A DNA stretch of 64,000 nt from Thermococcus sp. JdFR-02 (lineage in GTDB: Archaea > Methanobacteriota_B > Thermococci > Thermococcales > Thermococcaceae), in NCBI GenBank assembly GCA_002009975.1, contig MTLP01000009.1, positions 71,396 through 135,395 of the forward strand. The letters are read 5' to 3'. Shown here in pieces: positions 10,201 to 20,452 of this stretch; the first letter of the stretch is position 1; each line of letters opens with the position of its first letter. The notes under the pieces were generated by a model. It made no database searches, was not told the origin of the DNA, and worked only from the letters and a program-made list of their open reading frames with translations. The position numbers and the translations under genes were made by a program.

Positions 10201-10956
10201 CTATTTTATCCCAACAATCCAGAATCTGTTTTCCTTCTTTCCCAGCTCTCTCTTTAGGTTTCCATAAATTTTGACTTCACTGAAATAATCTCTTGCTAAA
10301 AGTCTCATTTCTCTTGGAGTATAAACGTTTAAAATGTCATGCACGAAGAAGGCTTTGACTTCTCCATTTGGCTTTAGAATTTGGACCAATCTTTTAAAGT
10401 GAAGTTTTTGAACAGCATTTTCTAATTCACGCCAATCTGTTATTATAAGTGTCTCGTTATCATTTTTAACGTCCCAGACATAAGGTGTGTCGCTTTTTGT
10501 GAATTGATAGGGAAAATCCGCTATAAAAACGCCTCCCTCTTTTAATGCCTTACTCACAGAATTGAATAATTCTTTAATTGCTTCTTCATCAAAGTAACAA
10601 ATGCTTGAGAAAAACATCGTTATGGCATCAAATTCTTCGTTAAAGTTTAATTTTTTAGCATCTCCCTGAATAAACTCAACGCTTAACTTTTGTTTTTCCG
10701 CTTTTTCTCGTGCAACTTCAAGCATCTCTTCGTGCAAATCTAAACCTACAACGCTATAACCTCTCTTTACCAACTCTAAAGTTGGTCCCCCAGTACCGCA
10801 AGCCAAGTCTAAAACTCGCTTAACTTCTCTTTTTGCATCCTTTTTAAAAATCTCCTCAATGAAGTTAATCATCTTTGGGACATACTCGAGATAAGCTTTG
10901 TAAATCACGTCATAGTACTTAGCTAAAACTGTGTAAAGCTCAAACATAAAAACCAC
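10201..10956 (-). CDS. Class I SAM-dependent methyltransferase
   Basis: VLDLACGTG, GLDL, QGD motifs. Confidence 0.9.
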   Translation of the reverse strand: MVFMFELYTVLAKYYDVIYKAYLEYVPKMINFIEEIFKKDAKREVKRVLDLACGTGGPTLELVKRGYSVVGLDLHEEMLEVAREKAEKQKLSVEFIQGDAKKLNFNEEFDAITMFFSSICYFDEEAIKELFNSVSKALKEGGVFIADFPYQFTKSDTPYVWDVKNDNETLIITDWRELENAVQKLHFKRLVQILKPNGEVKAFFVHDILNVYTPREMRLLARDYFSEVKIYGNLKRELGKKENRFWIVGIK

Positions 10957-10988
10957 CCTATCAGATTTTTTGCTTAAAACCTAAAAAC

Positions 10989-11882
10989 TTAACCTATAAA
11001 AGCCTTTAGGATCAAAAAGAAGCCCATTGTTATTAATGTCAACACTATGGTAACTCCTATTGCCTCCTCTTCTTTGAGGTTATATCGCGCTAAAATTGCA
11101 TTTGCCATGATGGCTGGAGGCATTGAAGCCTCAACCAGAACAGAGTAAAATATCTCCCCTGATGCTTTAAGGGTGAGGGTAACGAATATAAAAGGGATTA
11201 CACTCCTGAATGTTATAACTTCCATAAGCTTTCTCCATTCAAATTTTTGAAGATTTATGCGAGAGCCGAAATAGACTATTAATGCTGGTATGCTCCACCA
11301 GCCAATTTGGTTTAAAGTCTCAAGAAATCTCTTTGATAAGTGGAAGTTCAGCAAAACAAGTGTTAAAGCTAAAAGATTTGCAGCTACTGGAGGAAATTTT
11401 AAAGCATTCTTTAGGATATGCTCGGTTGAATGTTTGCCCTTTGAATAGTGCGACGCTATAAGGGTCGCTATTGGGAGAACTATCAGCACATTGGTGCTTG
11501 CATAGATTATTACTGGAGTTAAATCATCCAAGAAAAGACTTGCTATTGGAAAACCTAGAGCAACGGTATTTGGATAGATAGATAAAATTATCAAAGCAGC
11601 TTTCCATTTTTCATCTGGAATCTTGAGAGAGTAGAGGTAGGATGTAAGAAAGCTCAAACCAATTATTATGAAGACATAGAAAAACACAACCTTAATTTTG
11701 AGAAGGTAGCCTAAATCCTTAGAAGCAACGTTTGAGAAAACAAAAAGCGTCAACAATATGTTGTTTGAGAACTTTCTTAGCAAAATAAAGGGTTCCTCTT
11801 TTTTGATAGCTTTTTTAAGGGCAAATCCGAGGAATATTAAAAGTGTGGTCTCTGCTAAGTTCATGCTTACACCTAAATTCAA
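10989..11882 (-). CDS. AEC (auxin efflux carrier) family transporter
   Basis: About 10 TM helices; PNTVALGFP and EASMPPA motifs. Confidence 0.8.
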   Translation of the reverse strand: MNLGVSMNLAETTLLIFLGFALKKAIKKEEPFILLRKFSNNILLTLFVFSNVASKDLGYLLKIKVVFFYVFIIIGLSFLTSYLYSLKIPDEKWKAALIILSIYPNTVALGFPIASLFLDDLTPVIIYASTNVLIVLPIATLIASHYSKGKHSTEHILKNALKFPPVAANLLALTLVLLNFHLSKRFLETLNQIGWWSIPALIVYFGSRINLQKFEWRKLMEVITFRSVIPFIFVTLTLKASGEIFYSVLVEASMPPAIMANAILARYNLKEEEAIGVTIVLTLITMGFFLILKAFIG

Positions 11883-11905
11883 TCATTTAAAAAAGTTGTG
11901 AAGTG

Positions 11906-12244
11906 CTAAAGCCAGATAGTATCTTCTCCAAAGTAGTTTAATTTAACAACAAACAGCACAAAAGGTTCATCACTTTCATTTTCCACCCAGTGAACCGTCT
12001 TTGGCTTAACTAAATAAATATCTCTAGGCTTTGCTTCATAAACATCTTTACCAATGCCGAGCTTTGCTCTACCGCTTATTATGTAAAAGAGCTCATACTG
12101 TTGCTCGTGATAATGCTTTGAAACAGTCTGGCTTGGCTTAATCTCAACTATTTGAGCAAAGCTTCCATCTGGCATTTCACCTTTAAAAAGTGGGCATTTC
12201 TTATAACTTACCCTATCTATGAACTCGTCACATTGAGCTTTCAT
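11906..12244 (-). CDS. Cupin-domain protein
   Basis: HYH..E.FYIISG and P..VH.VEN cupin motifs. Confidence 0.88.
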   Translation of the reverse strand: MKAQCDEFIDRVSYKKCPLFKGEMPDGSFAQIVEIKPSQTVSKHYHEQQYELFYIISGRAKLGIGKDVYEAKPRDIYLVKPKTVHWVENESDEPFVLFVVKLNYFGEDTIWL

Positions 12245-12380
12245 GTTTTCACCCCAAGTAACGTGTTTTTACTTTCCTAAAAAGGCTTCATTTAGATACT
12301 TATCTCAATGTTCAAATCTGCACAAAATACTTTTATAGATTGAGCTTTCAAAGTAATACAGATGTTTTAAATTTCCTGAG

Positions 12381-13760
12381 GTGGTGGGGATGCAAGATCA
12401 ATTAGAAAAAGCCCTTGCTTGGGCAATGGATAATTTAAAAGCAGAGTACATTGAATTGCGATATGAGAATGTTAAGAAGAATACATTAGAGCTTAAGGAT
12501 GGGACATTTACGACTTTTACAGGCAAAACTCAAAGAGGAGTGGCAATTAGGGTTTTAGCTGATGGTGCTTGGGGATTTTCATCAACCAACCGTTTAGAGA
12601 ACTTAAAAAAGGCAATTGAAGAAGCTTATAAAATTGCAAAAGCTGTTGCAAGTGCCAGAAAAGAAAAAATCCAATTGGCTGAGATAAAAACCTATGAAGA
12701 TTTTGTTAAGAGCAAGATGAAGATCAAGCCGTTTGAGGTTGATATTGAAGAAAAGGTGGATCATTTACGAAGTCTAGAAAAGCTCTTGAAAGAGGATAAA
12801 GCAGTTAAATCTTCTTGGCTTCGTTATGAAGATGCATCTGGAGAAAAAATTTTGCTCACTAATGAAGGAACTAATATAAAATGGGAACTCAATTATGTTT
12901 GGCAATACGTTTGGGCAACAGGAAAAGAAGGAGATAAATTGGCTGCTGCAAGGGATGAAGTTGGTGCCGTTGAATATGGATGGGAGCTGTTTAAGGAAAG
13001 GGAGCCAAATGAAGAGGTCGCTAAGAGGGTAATCAGAAAAGTGCATGCTCAGCTTAATGGTGTTGCTCCGAAGAGAGGTGAATTCCCAATAGTTGCTGGA
13101 CCAATAATAGTTGGAATTATTGCTCACGAAGCCTTGGGACATTTAGCTGAGGCAGATTTAACAATTAATTCACCATTTAAAGAGCTTATTGGAAAGCAAA
13201 TTGCCCCAGAATACGTGACTATGAGTGAAAGAATAGTTGATGGTGGCTTTGGAAATGATAAATATGATGATGAGGGCGTTAAAGTCAAAGATATTCACAT
13301 AATCGAAAATGGAATTTTAAAGGAGATAATGCTCAACAGGGAGTATGCTCATAAGTGGAACTTATCTCCAAATGGGCACGCTAGGGCTGAGAACTATACG
13401 TATCCTCCAATAATTAGAATGAGGAACACTATTTTTGAGCCTAGGGATTGGAGCTTAGAGGAGATGATTGAGGATATTAAGTTTGGTTATTATGTGGTAG
13501 ATTTCAGAGGAGGACAAGCACAGCTAAACTCCTCGTTCCAAGTTGGTGTTCAAGAGGGTTACATGATAGAGAACGGCGAGATTACAAAATCCATAAGAGA
13601 TACTTCAATAAGCGGAATTGCAATTGAAGCTCTAAAGAAAATTAGTGCAGTTGGAAAGGATTTTGGCTTAGAGATGGGAAGATGTGGAAAGGGACAAACA
13701 GCTTTTGTCAGCTCTGGTGGACCACACATGCGCTTTGATGGAGGAATAATTATTGGGTGA
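12381..13760 (+). CDS. tldD: TldD family metalloprotease
   Basis: HEALGH.EAD, RMRNT, C-terminal CGKGQ...GGPH. Confidence 0.9.
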   Translation: MVGMQDQLEKALAWAMDNLKAEYIELRYENVKKNTLELKDGTFTTFTGKTQRGVAIRVLADGAWGFSSTNRLENLKKAIEEAYKIAKAVASARKEKIQLAEIKTYEDFVKSKMKIKPFEVDIEEKVDHLRSLEKLLKEDKAVKSSWLRYEDASGEKILLTNEGTNIKWELNYVWQYVWATGKEGDKLAAARDEVGAVEYGWELFKEREPNEEVAKRVIRKVHAQLNGVAPKRGEFPIVAGPIIVGIIAHEALGHLAEADLTINSPFKELIGKQIAPEYVTMSERIVDGGFGNDKYDDEGVKVKDIHIIENGILKEIMLNREYAHKWNLSPNGHARAENYTYPPIIRMRNTIFEPRDWSLEEMIEDIKFGYYVVDFRGGQAQLNSSFQVGVQEGYMIENGEITKSIRDTSISGIAIEALKKISAVGKDFGLEMGRCGKGQTAFVSSGGPHMRFDGGIIIG

Positions 13761-13770
13761 GGTGGGTAAA

Positions 13771-15096
13771 ATGGAAGAACTAATTCGTTATGGTGAAAAG
13801 CTCTTTGATGAGATTGAGATTGCTGTTTATAGGAATAGAGATGTAGGTATTCATATTGAACTTAATGAAGTTTCAACTTCAGCCGTTAGACAAAGAACTG
13901 TCACAATTGTTAGGGGAATTAAAGATAAGCGCTTGGGACTGGCAATCATTGACAGCGAAGATAAAGATGAGATAAGAAGAGCCATAGATGAAGCCTATAA
14001 AATGGCAAAGCTAAACAATAAGGATGAGAAATGGAAAACTCTTCCAAAGCCAGGAAAGTATAAAAAGCCACCAAAGTTTGATAAAGCCCTAAAAGAGGTT
14101 TCTTCAGACTATTTTGTTGAGTTAGCTAAGAGAGGTATAGAATTAAGCTTGGAAAAAGACAAAAACTTAATTGTAGCTGGTGGCGGTGGGGGAGCAGAGT
14201 GGATTGAGAGCTTAATCTTAAATTCCCATGGCGTTGAAATTTCTCAGGAAGGAGGAGGAGCATACTTCTACTTGGGCTTTATTGGAAGGAAGGAAAGCTT
14301 AGTAACTCCAATGATTTTTGACGTTGATGCAAGAAGAAACTTAAACTTGGACGTTGAGAATATTGTTGAAAATTTAGCTCAAAAAGTTAAGTGGGCTTAT
14401 AAAGTTGAGAAGAGCAGGACCGAAGAAGCCAAGGTTATTGTAGAGCCATATGCTTTAGCAAGTCTTCTACACTTTGCCTTATTCCCAGCATTTAGTGGCG
14501 AAAAATTGATTAAGCAAACTACTCCCCTAGCTAATAAAGTGGGAGAGCAGGTTTTCAATGAGCTTTTGACGATTTACGATGATCCATTCCATGAGTTAAG
14601 CTTAAAACCAGTGATAGCTGATGATGAGGGTGTTCCAACGAGGAAAAACGCTTTAATTGAAAATGGAACTTTCAAAGGCTTTTTGTGGGACAACTATTGG
14701 GCTAATGTCTATGGAACAGAGAGTACAGGAAATGGAATAAGAAACTCAAGCACAGGTGGTATTTCAATAGGAATGCACAGTGTAGTGATTAAGAATGGTA
14801 AAGAAAGCCTAGAGGAATTAATAGCTGACATTGAGCATGGTTATTTGGTCAATGGCTTCCAAGGTGCTCACTCAAGCAATCCAGATAATGGTAACTTTGC
14901 AGTTGTAGCAAATCCAGCATATCTAATTGAAAATGGGGAGATAAAGGGTTCAACGGTTTTCATGATGAGCGGAAACGTTTATGAGCTGTTAAAGAATATC
15001 TATGCTGTAAGCAAGGAGCAGAAGGTTGTACCCTTTTATGGAACGACAATATCGCCTTCGATGGCATTTGAGAATGTCAGAATAGCTGGAAAATAG
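13771..15096 (+). CDS. PmbA/TldE family protein
   Basis: Follows tldD; DDEGVPT, STGNG, no HEXXH; ATG 13771 after GAGGTGG preferred to the track start 13753. Confidence 0.87.
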   Translation: MEELIRYGEKLFDEIEIAVYRNRDVGIHIELNEVSTSAVRQRTVTIVRGIKDKRLGLAIIDSEDKDEIRRAIDEAYKMAKLNNKDEKWKTLPKPGKYKKPPKFDKALKEVSSDYFVELAKRGIELSLEKDKNLIVAGGGGGAEWIESLILNSHGVEISQEGGGAYFYLGFIGRKESLVTPMIFDVDARRNLNLDVENIVENLAQKVKWAYKVEKSRTEEAKVIVEPYALASLLHFALFPAFSGEKLIKQTTPLANKVGEQVFNELLTIYDDPFHELSLKPVIADDEGVPTRKNALIENGTFKGFLWDNYWANVYGTESTGNGIRNSSTGGISIGMHSVVIKNGKESLEELIADIEHGYLVNGFQGAHSSNPDNGNFAVVANPAYLIENGEIKGSTVFMMSGNVYELLKNIYAVSKEQKVVPFYGTTISPSMAFENVRIAGK

Positions 15097-15146
15097 TTCG
15101 ACAAATTTATATTCGTAGGAATAGAATAGCTATTGGTGAAGTAAAA

Positions 15147-15377
15147 ATGGTAACTGCATTTATACTCCTCGTCACAGCAGCAGGGAAGGAAAGGGAAGTT
15201 ATGACAAAACTCTTGGGAATGTCAGAGGTTAAGGAAGCTTATGTGGTCTATGGAGAATATGATATAATTGCAAAAGTTGAGACAGACACCCTAAAAGAGC
15301 TTGACAGGTTCATAATGGAAAACTTAAGGAGAATGCCGGAGATACAGATGACATCAACGATGATAGCAATTGAGTGA
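15147..15377 (+). CDS. Stand-alone Lrp/AsnC ligand-binding (RAM) domain protein
   Basis: VYGEYDIIAKVE, no HTH. Confidence 0.87.
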   Translation: MVTAFILLVTAAGKEREVMTKLLGMSEVKEAYVVYGEYDIIAKVETDTLKELDRFIMENLRRMPEIQMTSTMIAIE

Positions 15378-15390
15378 CTCTCTTTTCTTT

Positions 15391-15741
15391 TTAAAATTCC
15401 AACTCAACTCCGTTATCATCTCCTTCCCAGAGAACAATTTTATAAAGCCTAACCCCAGTTGGGAGCTTGTCTTTAAGTCTTTCTGCTATCCATAGAGCTA
15501 TATTCTCTGTTGTTGGATTCTCAAAAAGCTTGTTTAGATTCTTATGATCGAGGGATTTTAGTACCTCTTTTTCTACAATTGCCCTAAGCTCAAGGAAGTC
15601 CATTACATAACCTTCTTTTATGCTTCCTTCAACGAAAATTTCAAGTCTATAAGTGTGTCCATGGAACTCCTCAAACTGCTTATTCATGACAATCGAATGT
15701 GCAGCTTCAAATTTAAACTTCTCTCTAATCCTCGCTCTCAT
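15391..15741 (-). CDS. 6-pyruvoyl-tetrahydropterin synthase family, Glu-type (PTPS-III-like)
   Basis: FEAAH...EEFHGHTY, NPTTENIA; no catalytic Cys. Confidence 0.82.
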   Translation of the reverse strand: MRARIREKFKFEAAHSIVMNKQFEEFHGHTYRLEIFVEGSIKEGYVMDFLELRAIVEKEVLKSLDHKNLNKLFENPTTENIALWIAERLKDKLPTGVRLYKIVLWEGDDNGVELEF

Positions 15742-15892
15742 AAAACCACCAAAAGAGTTAGCTCTTCAAAAGCTTTAAATTCTCTTATGTCGAATTAGAT
15801 ATATTTGCTGGTTTATAAAATAACCCACCGTAATGTTTAAATTTGATAGAACTTATAAAGCTCACAAGATTAGTTCTGTGGGGGATGATAAA

Positions 15893-17974
15893 ATGGTAAG
15901 GTATATGGTGACATCGGCACTTCCTTACGCTAATGGTCCAATTCACGTTGGACACTTAGCAGGGGCTTACTTACCAGCAGATATATTCGTTAGATACCTC
16001 AAGTTAAAGGGAGAGGACGTCGTTTACATTTGCGGAACAGATGAACATGGAACACCGATAACTTTTAGAGCTTTAAAAGAAGGAAAGACACCGAGAGAGA
16101 TAGTTGATTATTACCACGAACAGATAAAAGAAACCTTTGGGAAGGCAAAGATTGACTTCGATTTCTTCGGAAGAACTGAATTTGAAGTACATTACAAGCT
16201 TTCCCAAGAGTTCTTCCTAAAGCTACTTGAAAATGGATATCTAATTAAAAGAGTTGAAAAGCAGGCTTACTGTGAACATGATAAGATGTTCTTACCAGAT
16301 AGATATGTTATTGGAACTTGTCCCTATTGTGGTGCTGAAGGGCAAAGAGGAGATCAATGTGAAGCTTGTGGAAGACCATTGACTCCAGAACTGTTGATAA
16401 ATCCAAAGTGTAACATATGTGGGAGCTCAATAACTTTCAAAAATTCTGCTCATTACTACATTAAAATGCAGGATTTTGAGGAGAGGATAAGGAAGTGGAT
16501 AGAGGGTAATAGCCACTGGAAGCCTAACGTTAGGAACACAGTCCTTGGATGGATAGGGGAAGGATTGGAGGAAAGGGCAATAACGAGAGACTTAAACTGG
16601 GGAATCCCCGTACCTCTTGAAGAGGAAGACATGAAAGGGAAAGTGCTTTACGTATGGTTTGAGGCACCTATAGGTTATATTTCAATAACGATCGAGTATT
16701 TCAAGCGCTTAGGAAAGGATGAAGAATGGAAGAAATACTGGCTAAACGGTTACGAGGGAGAGCTTAAGGTGATCCATTTCATTGGAAAGGACAACATTCC
16801 ATTCCACGCAATCTTTTGGCCAGCTTTCTTAATAGGTTATGGCAAATATAAGGATGAAAAAGGTGAATTTAAGTGGGCATTGCCTTACGATATTCCAGCC
16901 AATGAATATCTTAACTTAGAAGGTAGGAAGATTTCAACGAGTAGAAACTGGGCTATTTGGGTTCACGAATTTTTAGATGAATTCCCGGCTGATTACTTGA
17001 GATATTACCTAACTGCTATAATGCCCGAAACAAGAGATGCAGACTTTAATTTTGAGGACTTTCAAAAGAAAATTAATGAAGAGCTTGTCAATAACTTAGG
17101 GAACTTTATCCATAGGGCAATGACCTTTGTCCACAGGTATTTCAGGGGAATTGTTCCAGATCAAGGCGAATTGGATGAGCTTGATAAAGAAGCCTTAGAA
17201 AAAATTGAGAGGGCGTTTGGAAGAGTTGGGGAATTACTCTCAGCTTATCAATTTAAAGCAGCATTAAAGGAGGTTATGGATTTAGCCAACTTTGGGAACA
17301 AGTATTTCGACTATAAGCAGCCTTGGAAGACTGCTAAAGAAGACAAGGTAAGAACTGGAACGACGATAAACATTTCGTTGCAAATAGTAAAAGCTCTTGG
17401 AGTTTTGCTTGGACCATTTTTACCAGATGCGAGTGATAGAATTTGGAACATGCTCAACTTAAATGAAAAGAAAGAGTGGAAATTCAAGCCCTTAGAGAGC
17501 GGACATAAAGTAAATAAGGCTAAAATCCTTTTTAAGAAAGTTGACGATGAGCAAATAAAGAATTACCTAAAGAAGTACTTCCCTGCATTGCTTGAAAAAT
17601 ACTTCCCCGAAGAACTTCAAAAGGAGGAAAAGACAGAGGAGGATGAAAAGATGTATGTTAGCTTTGATGACTTTGCAAAGATTGATTTAAGGGTTGGAAA
17701 GATAGTAAGTGTTGAAGACCATCCAAATGCGGACAAGCTTTATATCTTAAAAGTTGACCTTGGAAGTGAAATTAGGCAATTAGTGGCTGGCTTAAAGAAG
17801 TATTACACCAAAGAAGAGCTCTTAGGCCACTATGTTGTCGTAATTACGAATTTGGAACCAAAGAAGCTTAGAGGTGTAGAGAGCCAGGGAATGCTCTTAG
17901 CTGCAGATGATGGAGAAAGAGTTGCAATATTGGTTCCAGATAAAGAAGTAAAACTTGGTGCTAAAATTCACTGA
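15893..17974 (+). CDS. metG: Methionyl-tRNA synthetase
   Basis: ALPYANGPIHVGH, Zn knuckles, KISTS, C-terminal Trbp111 domain; ATG 15893 after GGGGATGA. Confidence 0.96.
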   Translation: MVRYMVTSALPYANGPIHVGHLAGAYLPADIFVRYLKLKGEDVVYICGTDEHGTPITFRALKEGKTPREIVDYYHEQIKETFGKAKIDFDFFGRTEFEVHYKLSQEFFLKLLENGYLIKRVEKQAYCEHDKMFLPDRYVIGTCPYCGAEGQRGDQCEACGRPLTPELLINPKCNICGSSITFKNSAHYYIKMQDFEERIRKWIEGNSHWKPNVRNTVLGWIGEGLEERAITRDLNWGIPVPLEEEDMKGKVLYVWFEAPIGYISITIEYFKRLGKDEEWKKYWLNGYEGELKVIHFIGKDNIPFHAIFWPAFLIGYGKYKDEKGEFKWALPYDIPANEYLNLEGRKISTSRNWAIWVHEFLDEFPADYLRYYLTAIMPETRDADFNFEDFQKKINEELVNNLGNFIHRAMTFVHRYFRGIVPDQGELDELDKEALEKIERAFGRVGELLSAYQFKAALKEVMDLANFGNKYFDYKQPWKTAKEDKVRTGTTINISLQIVKALGVLLGPFLPDASDRIWNMLNLNEKKEWKFKPLESGHKVNKAKILFKKVDDEQIKNYLKKYFPALLEKYFPEELQKEEKTEEDEKMYVSFDDFAKIDLRVGKIVSVEDHPNADKLYILKVDLGSEIRQLVAGLKKYYTKEELLGHYVVVITNLEPKKLRGVESQGMLLAADDGERVAILVPDKEVKLGAKIH

Positions 17975-18002
17975 TTTCCTTTAATTTTAAAAATAAAAAA
18001 GA

Positions 18003-18869
18003 TCATTGCTTTCCTTTTTCTTGTCTTATTGGGTAGGGCATGAATTCAACAGTTCCCCTTTGCTTCATTGGTTGTGGATAGAGTTGCATTAAAGTATAGA
18101 CCTCCTCTGGAACTTCTGTGCTAACGTTTAGTCCAAGCTTTTTAGCTTCATCAACCGTTATTGGATAATCATGTGTCCATCTTCCTTCAGTTAATACTTG
18201 AGCCAATTCCTTAGCCTTCTCATCTCCATATTTGTCTTTTAAGAGTTCATAGATAAAGCTTTGAACTTGGTTTATCGCTTTCTCTGCGACATCGGCTAAT
18301 ATTAGGGTTTGATCATCAACTTTATCTACTCCCTTTTGTTTGACCGCTTTAACTATGCTTGGTGCTGGATATTGACCCAATTGTGGGTCTACAGGTCCTA
18401 AAACTGCATGAGGATCCATGATTATTTTGTCAGCAGCTAAAGCTATTAAAGTTCCACCGCTCATGGCATAGTGTGGAACTATGACCCTTGTCTCGGCTGG
18501 ATGATCTTTCAAAGCCTTTGCAATTTGTGTTGCCGCTAAAACTAATCCACCGGGAGTGTGAACTATCAGGTCAATTGGTTTATCTTTTGGTGCCATTCTA
18601 ATTGCTCTTAAAATCTCCTCGCTGTCTTCAATGCTTATGAACTTGTAGAAGGGAATTCCAAATAGTCCAATACTTTCCTGTCTGTGAATTAGTGTTATAA
18701 CTGTTGAATTTCTTTTCCTTGCTAAGCGTTGTAAAAGCTTTGTTCTTGCCATTTGCAGTTGTCTGTATTGCAGCTGGGGTCCCATTATCATGTAAAAGAT
18801 TAGGAACCACCATATTAGTGACCCAAAGAACCCACTGAGTGGATCCAAGTTCCCACCTCCTTTAATCAC
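18003..18869 (-). CDS. SDH/DUF114 family ClpP-fold serine protease
   Basis: HTPGGLVLAA, AMSGGTLIALAAD, LGPVDPQ, WTHDYPI. Confidence 0.85.
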   Translation of the reverse strand: MIKGGGNLDPLSGFFGSLIWWFLIFYMIMGPQLQYRQLQMARTKLLQRLARKRNSTVITLIHRQESIGLFGIPFYKFISIEDSEEILRAIRMAPKDKPIDLIVHTPGGLVLAATQIAKALKDHPAETRVIVPHYAMSGGTLIALAADKIIMDPHAVLGPVDPQLGQYPAPSIVKAVKQKGVDKVDDQTLILADVAEKAINQVQSFIYELLKDKYGDEKAKELAQVLTEGRWTHDYPITVDEAKKLGLNVSTEVPEEVYTLMQLYPQPMKQRGTVEFMPYPIRQEKGKQ

Positions 18870-18913
18870 TAAAGTTAACTAAAACTTTCATTTTTATATA
18901 TTTTTCTTTCTTC

Positions 18914-18935
18914 AAAATTTTCACATGAAAATTTT
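18914..18935. promoter_or_regulatory. Perfect 10-2-10 inverted repeat, candidate ArsR operator
   Basis: AAAATTTTCA-CA-TGAAAATTTT overlapping TTTTTATAA (18932-40) upstream of the ArsR gene. Confidence 0.6.
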
Positions 18936-18967
18936 TATAAGACTAAAAATTTCATATAGACTTTAAG

Positions 18968-19363
18968 GTGAATGGTATGAAGATCTCGGAGTTGATGGCA
19001 AAGCTTAAGGAAAGACAAAGGAGAACAGTCCAGAGTTGTTTAAAACAATGTGGAATAATGGATTTAGAGGAAGAGGTAGACTATGAAGTCAACAAAGAGG
19101 TAATAAGATTTTTGAAGCTAATTTCCAATCCAATAAGAATTAGTATTTTAAAAATGCTCAGGAATAAGTGGATGTGTGTTTGTTTAATCTCCCAAGCTCT
19201 TGAGCAGGATCAGACATTAATAAGCCACCATCTGCGTTCCTTGAGAGAAATGAACTTAGTTTTTGAAAGAAGGGAGGGAAAGCTGAAGTTCTACAGAACA
19301 AATTTGGAGGAGTTTAAGAAGTATTTAAAGCTTATCAACGAAGAATTTGAAATAGAAGCTTGA
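18968..19363 (+). CDS. ArsR/SmtB family transcriptional regulator
   Basis: SNPIRISILKML..MCVCLIS...QTLISHHLRSL. Confidence 0.9.
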   Translation: MNGMKISELMAKLKERQRRTVQSCLKQCGIMDLEEEVDYEVNKEVIRFLKLISNPIRISILKMLRNKWMCVCLISQALEQDQTLISHHLRSLREMNLVFERREGKLKFYRTNLEEFKKYLKLINEEFEIEA

Positions 19364-19398
19364 AAAGTTTTTTCTTTTGTTTTTTATAATTATTTGGG

Positions 19399-19698
19399 GT
19401 GATTTTTGTGAATGAGCTTCAGAAAAAAGTTGATGAGCTTATAAAGGAGTTTGGAGGTTATTGGGAGCCTTTTGAAATGCTTGCTGCAGTTGTTGAAGAA
19501 CTTGGCGAGTTTAGCAGGGAAATGCTGAGATACGAAAATGTTAAAGAAAAAGGTAATAAGGAAAAGTTAGAAGAAGAATTTGGTGATCTGTTGTTCACCT
19601 TAGCATGCATAGCCAATTACTATGACCTCGACATGTACTCGACACTCAACAAGTCAATATCAAAATATTCCAATCGTGATAAGACACGGTGGATATAA
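19399..19698 (+). CDS. MazG-like nucleotide pyrophosphohydrolase
   Basis: EELGEF...EEEFGDLLF..IAN, RDKTRW. Confidence 0.87.
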   Translation: MIFVNELQKKVDELIKEFGGYWEPFEMLAAVVEELGEFSREMLRYENVKEKGNKEKLEEEFGDLLFTLACIANYYDLDMYSTLNKSISKYSNRDKTRWI

Positions 19699-19918
19699 CG
19701 ACCAGTTATTGTAAATTTTTAACTTCGAACTTAAGTCCATATTTACCACGTCTTTCACTATGTGAATTTGTGTTATATTGAATTTACAATTTTTAAAATT
19801 TAGAAAATTATAATATAACATTTTGTTCTATAATTGGATGTACCTAATTTAGTATATTGGATAACATCCGAAACATTTTTATAAAGAAAAAATGTGAACT
19901 ATTCTGAGGTGTCTCTGA

Positions 19919-20368
19919 ATGAGGGCTAAAATAGACAAAGTTGATGTGCAAATCATAAAGTTACTTTCTAAGAATTCAAGACTAACATATAAAGAACTTG
20001 CAGAAAAATTAAAAACAACAAGGCAAAGAGTCTCAAGGAGACTCGACAAGCTTGAAAAAATGGGAATTATTAAAAAATACACCCTAATTCCAGATTTTGA
20101 AAGACTAGGATACGTTTATGTTATCCTTGGTGTTACACTAAAGCCAGGAGTTCCAGTGGACCCAATAATTGAAAAGTTGAAGGAAGATGAGGATGTTAAG
20201 ATAATAGAGAGAGCAATAGGATCTCATAGCCTAATACTCCATTTAGTTGCTCCAACAGACATGAAGAAGATTGAAAAGAAGGTTAACGAAATTTCCCAAA
20301 AAATTGACGGAATTGACAAGATGGATATAACATTTATTACAGAAATTGTTAAATTTGAAATTCTCTGA
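19919..20368 (+). CDS. Lrp/AsnC family transcriptional regulator
   Basis: N-terminal wHTH (DKVDVQIIKLL..NSR..ELAEKL..RLDKLEKMGII) plus RAM domain. Confidence 0.9.
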   Translation: MRAKIDKVDVQIIKLLSKNSRLTYKELAEKLKTTRQRVSRRLDKLEKMGIIKKYTLIPDFERLGYVYVILGVTLKPGVPVDPIIEKLKEDEDVKIIERAIGSHSLILHLVAPTDMKKIEKKVNEISQKIDGIDKMDITFITEIVKFEIL

Positions 20369-20452
20369 TTTTTCTTCATTCTTTGTCTTAGTCAATGAAC
20401 GAAAGGAAAAATATAATAAGACTAGTATTCTACTTCACAGTAAAATCAAGAG

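Noticed and set aside
17568-17612. KYFP duplicated in the MetG linker
   Set aside because: Short repeat in a variable linker with no evidence of function
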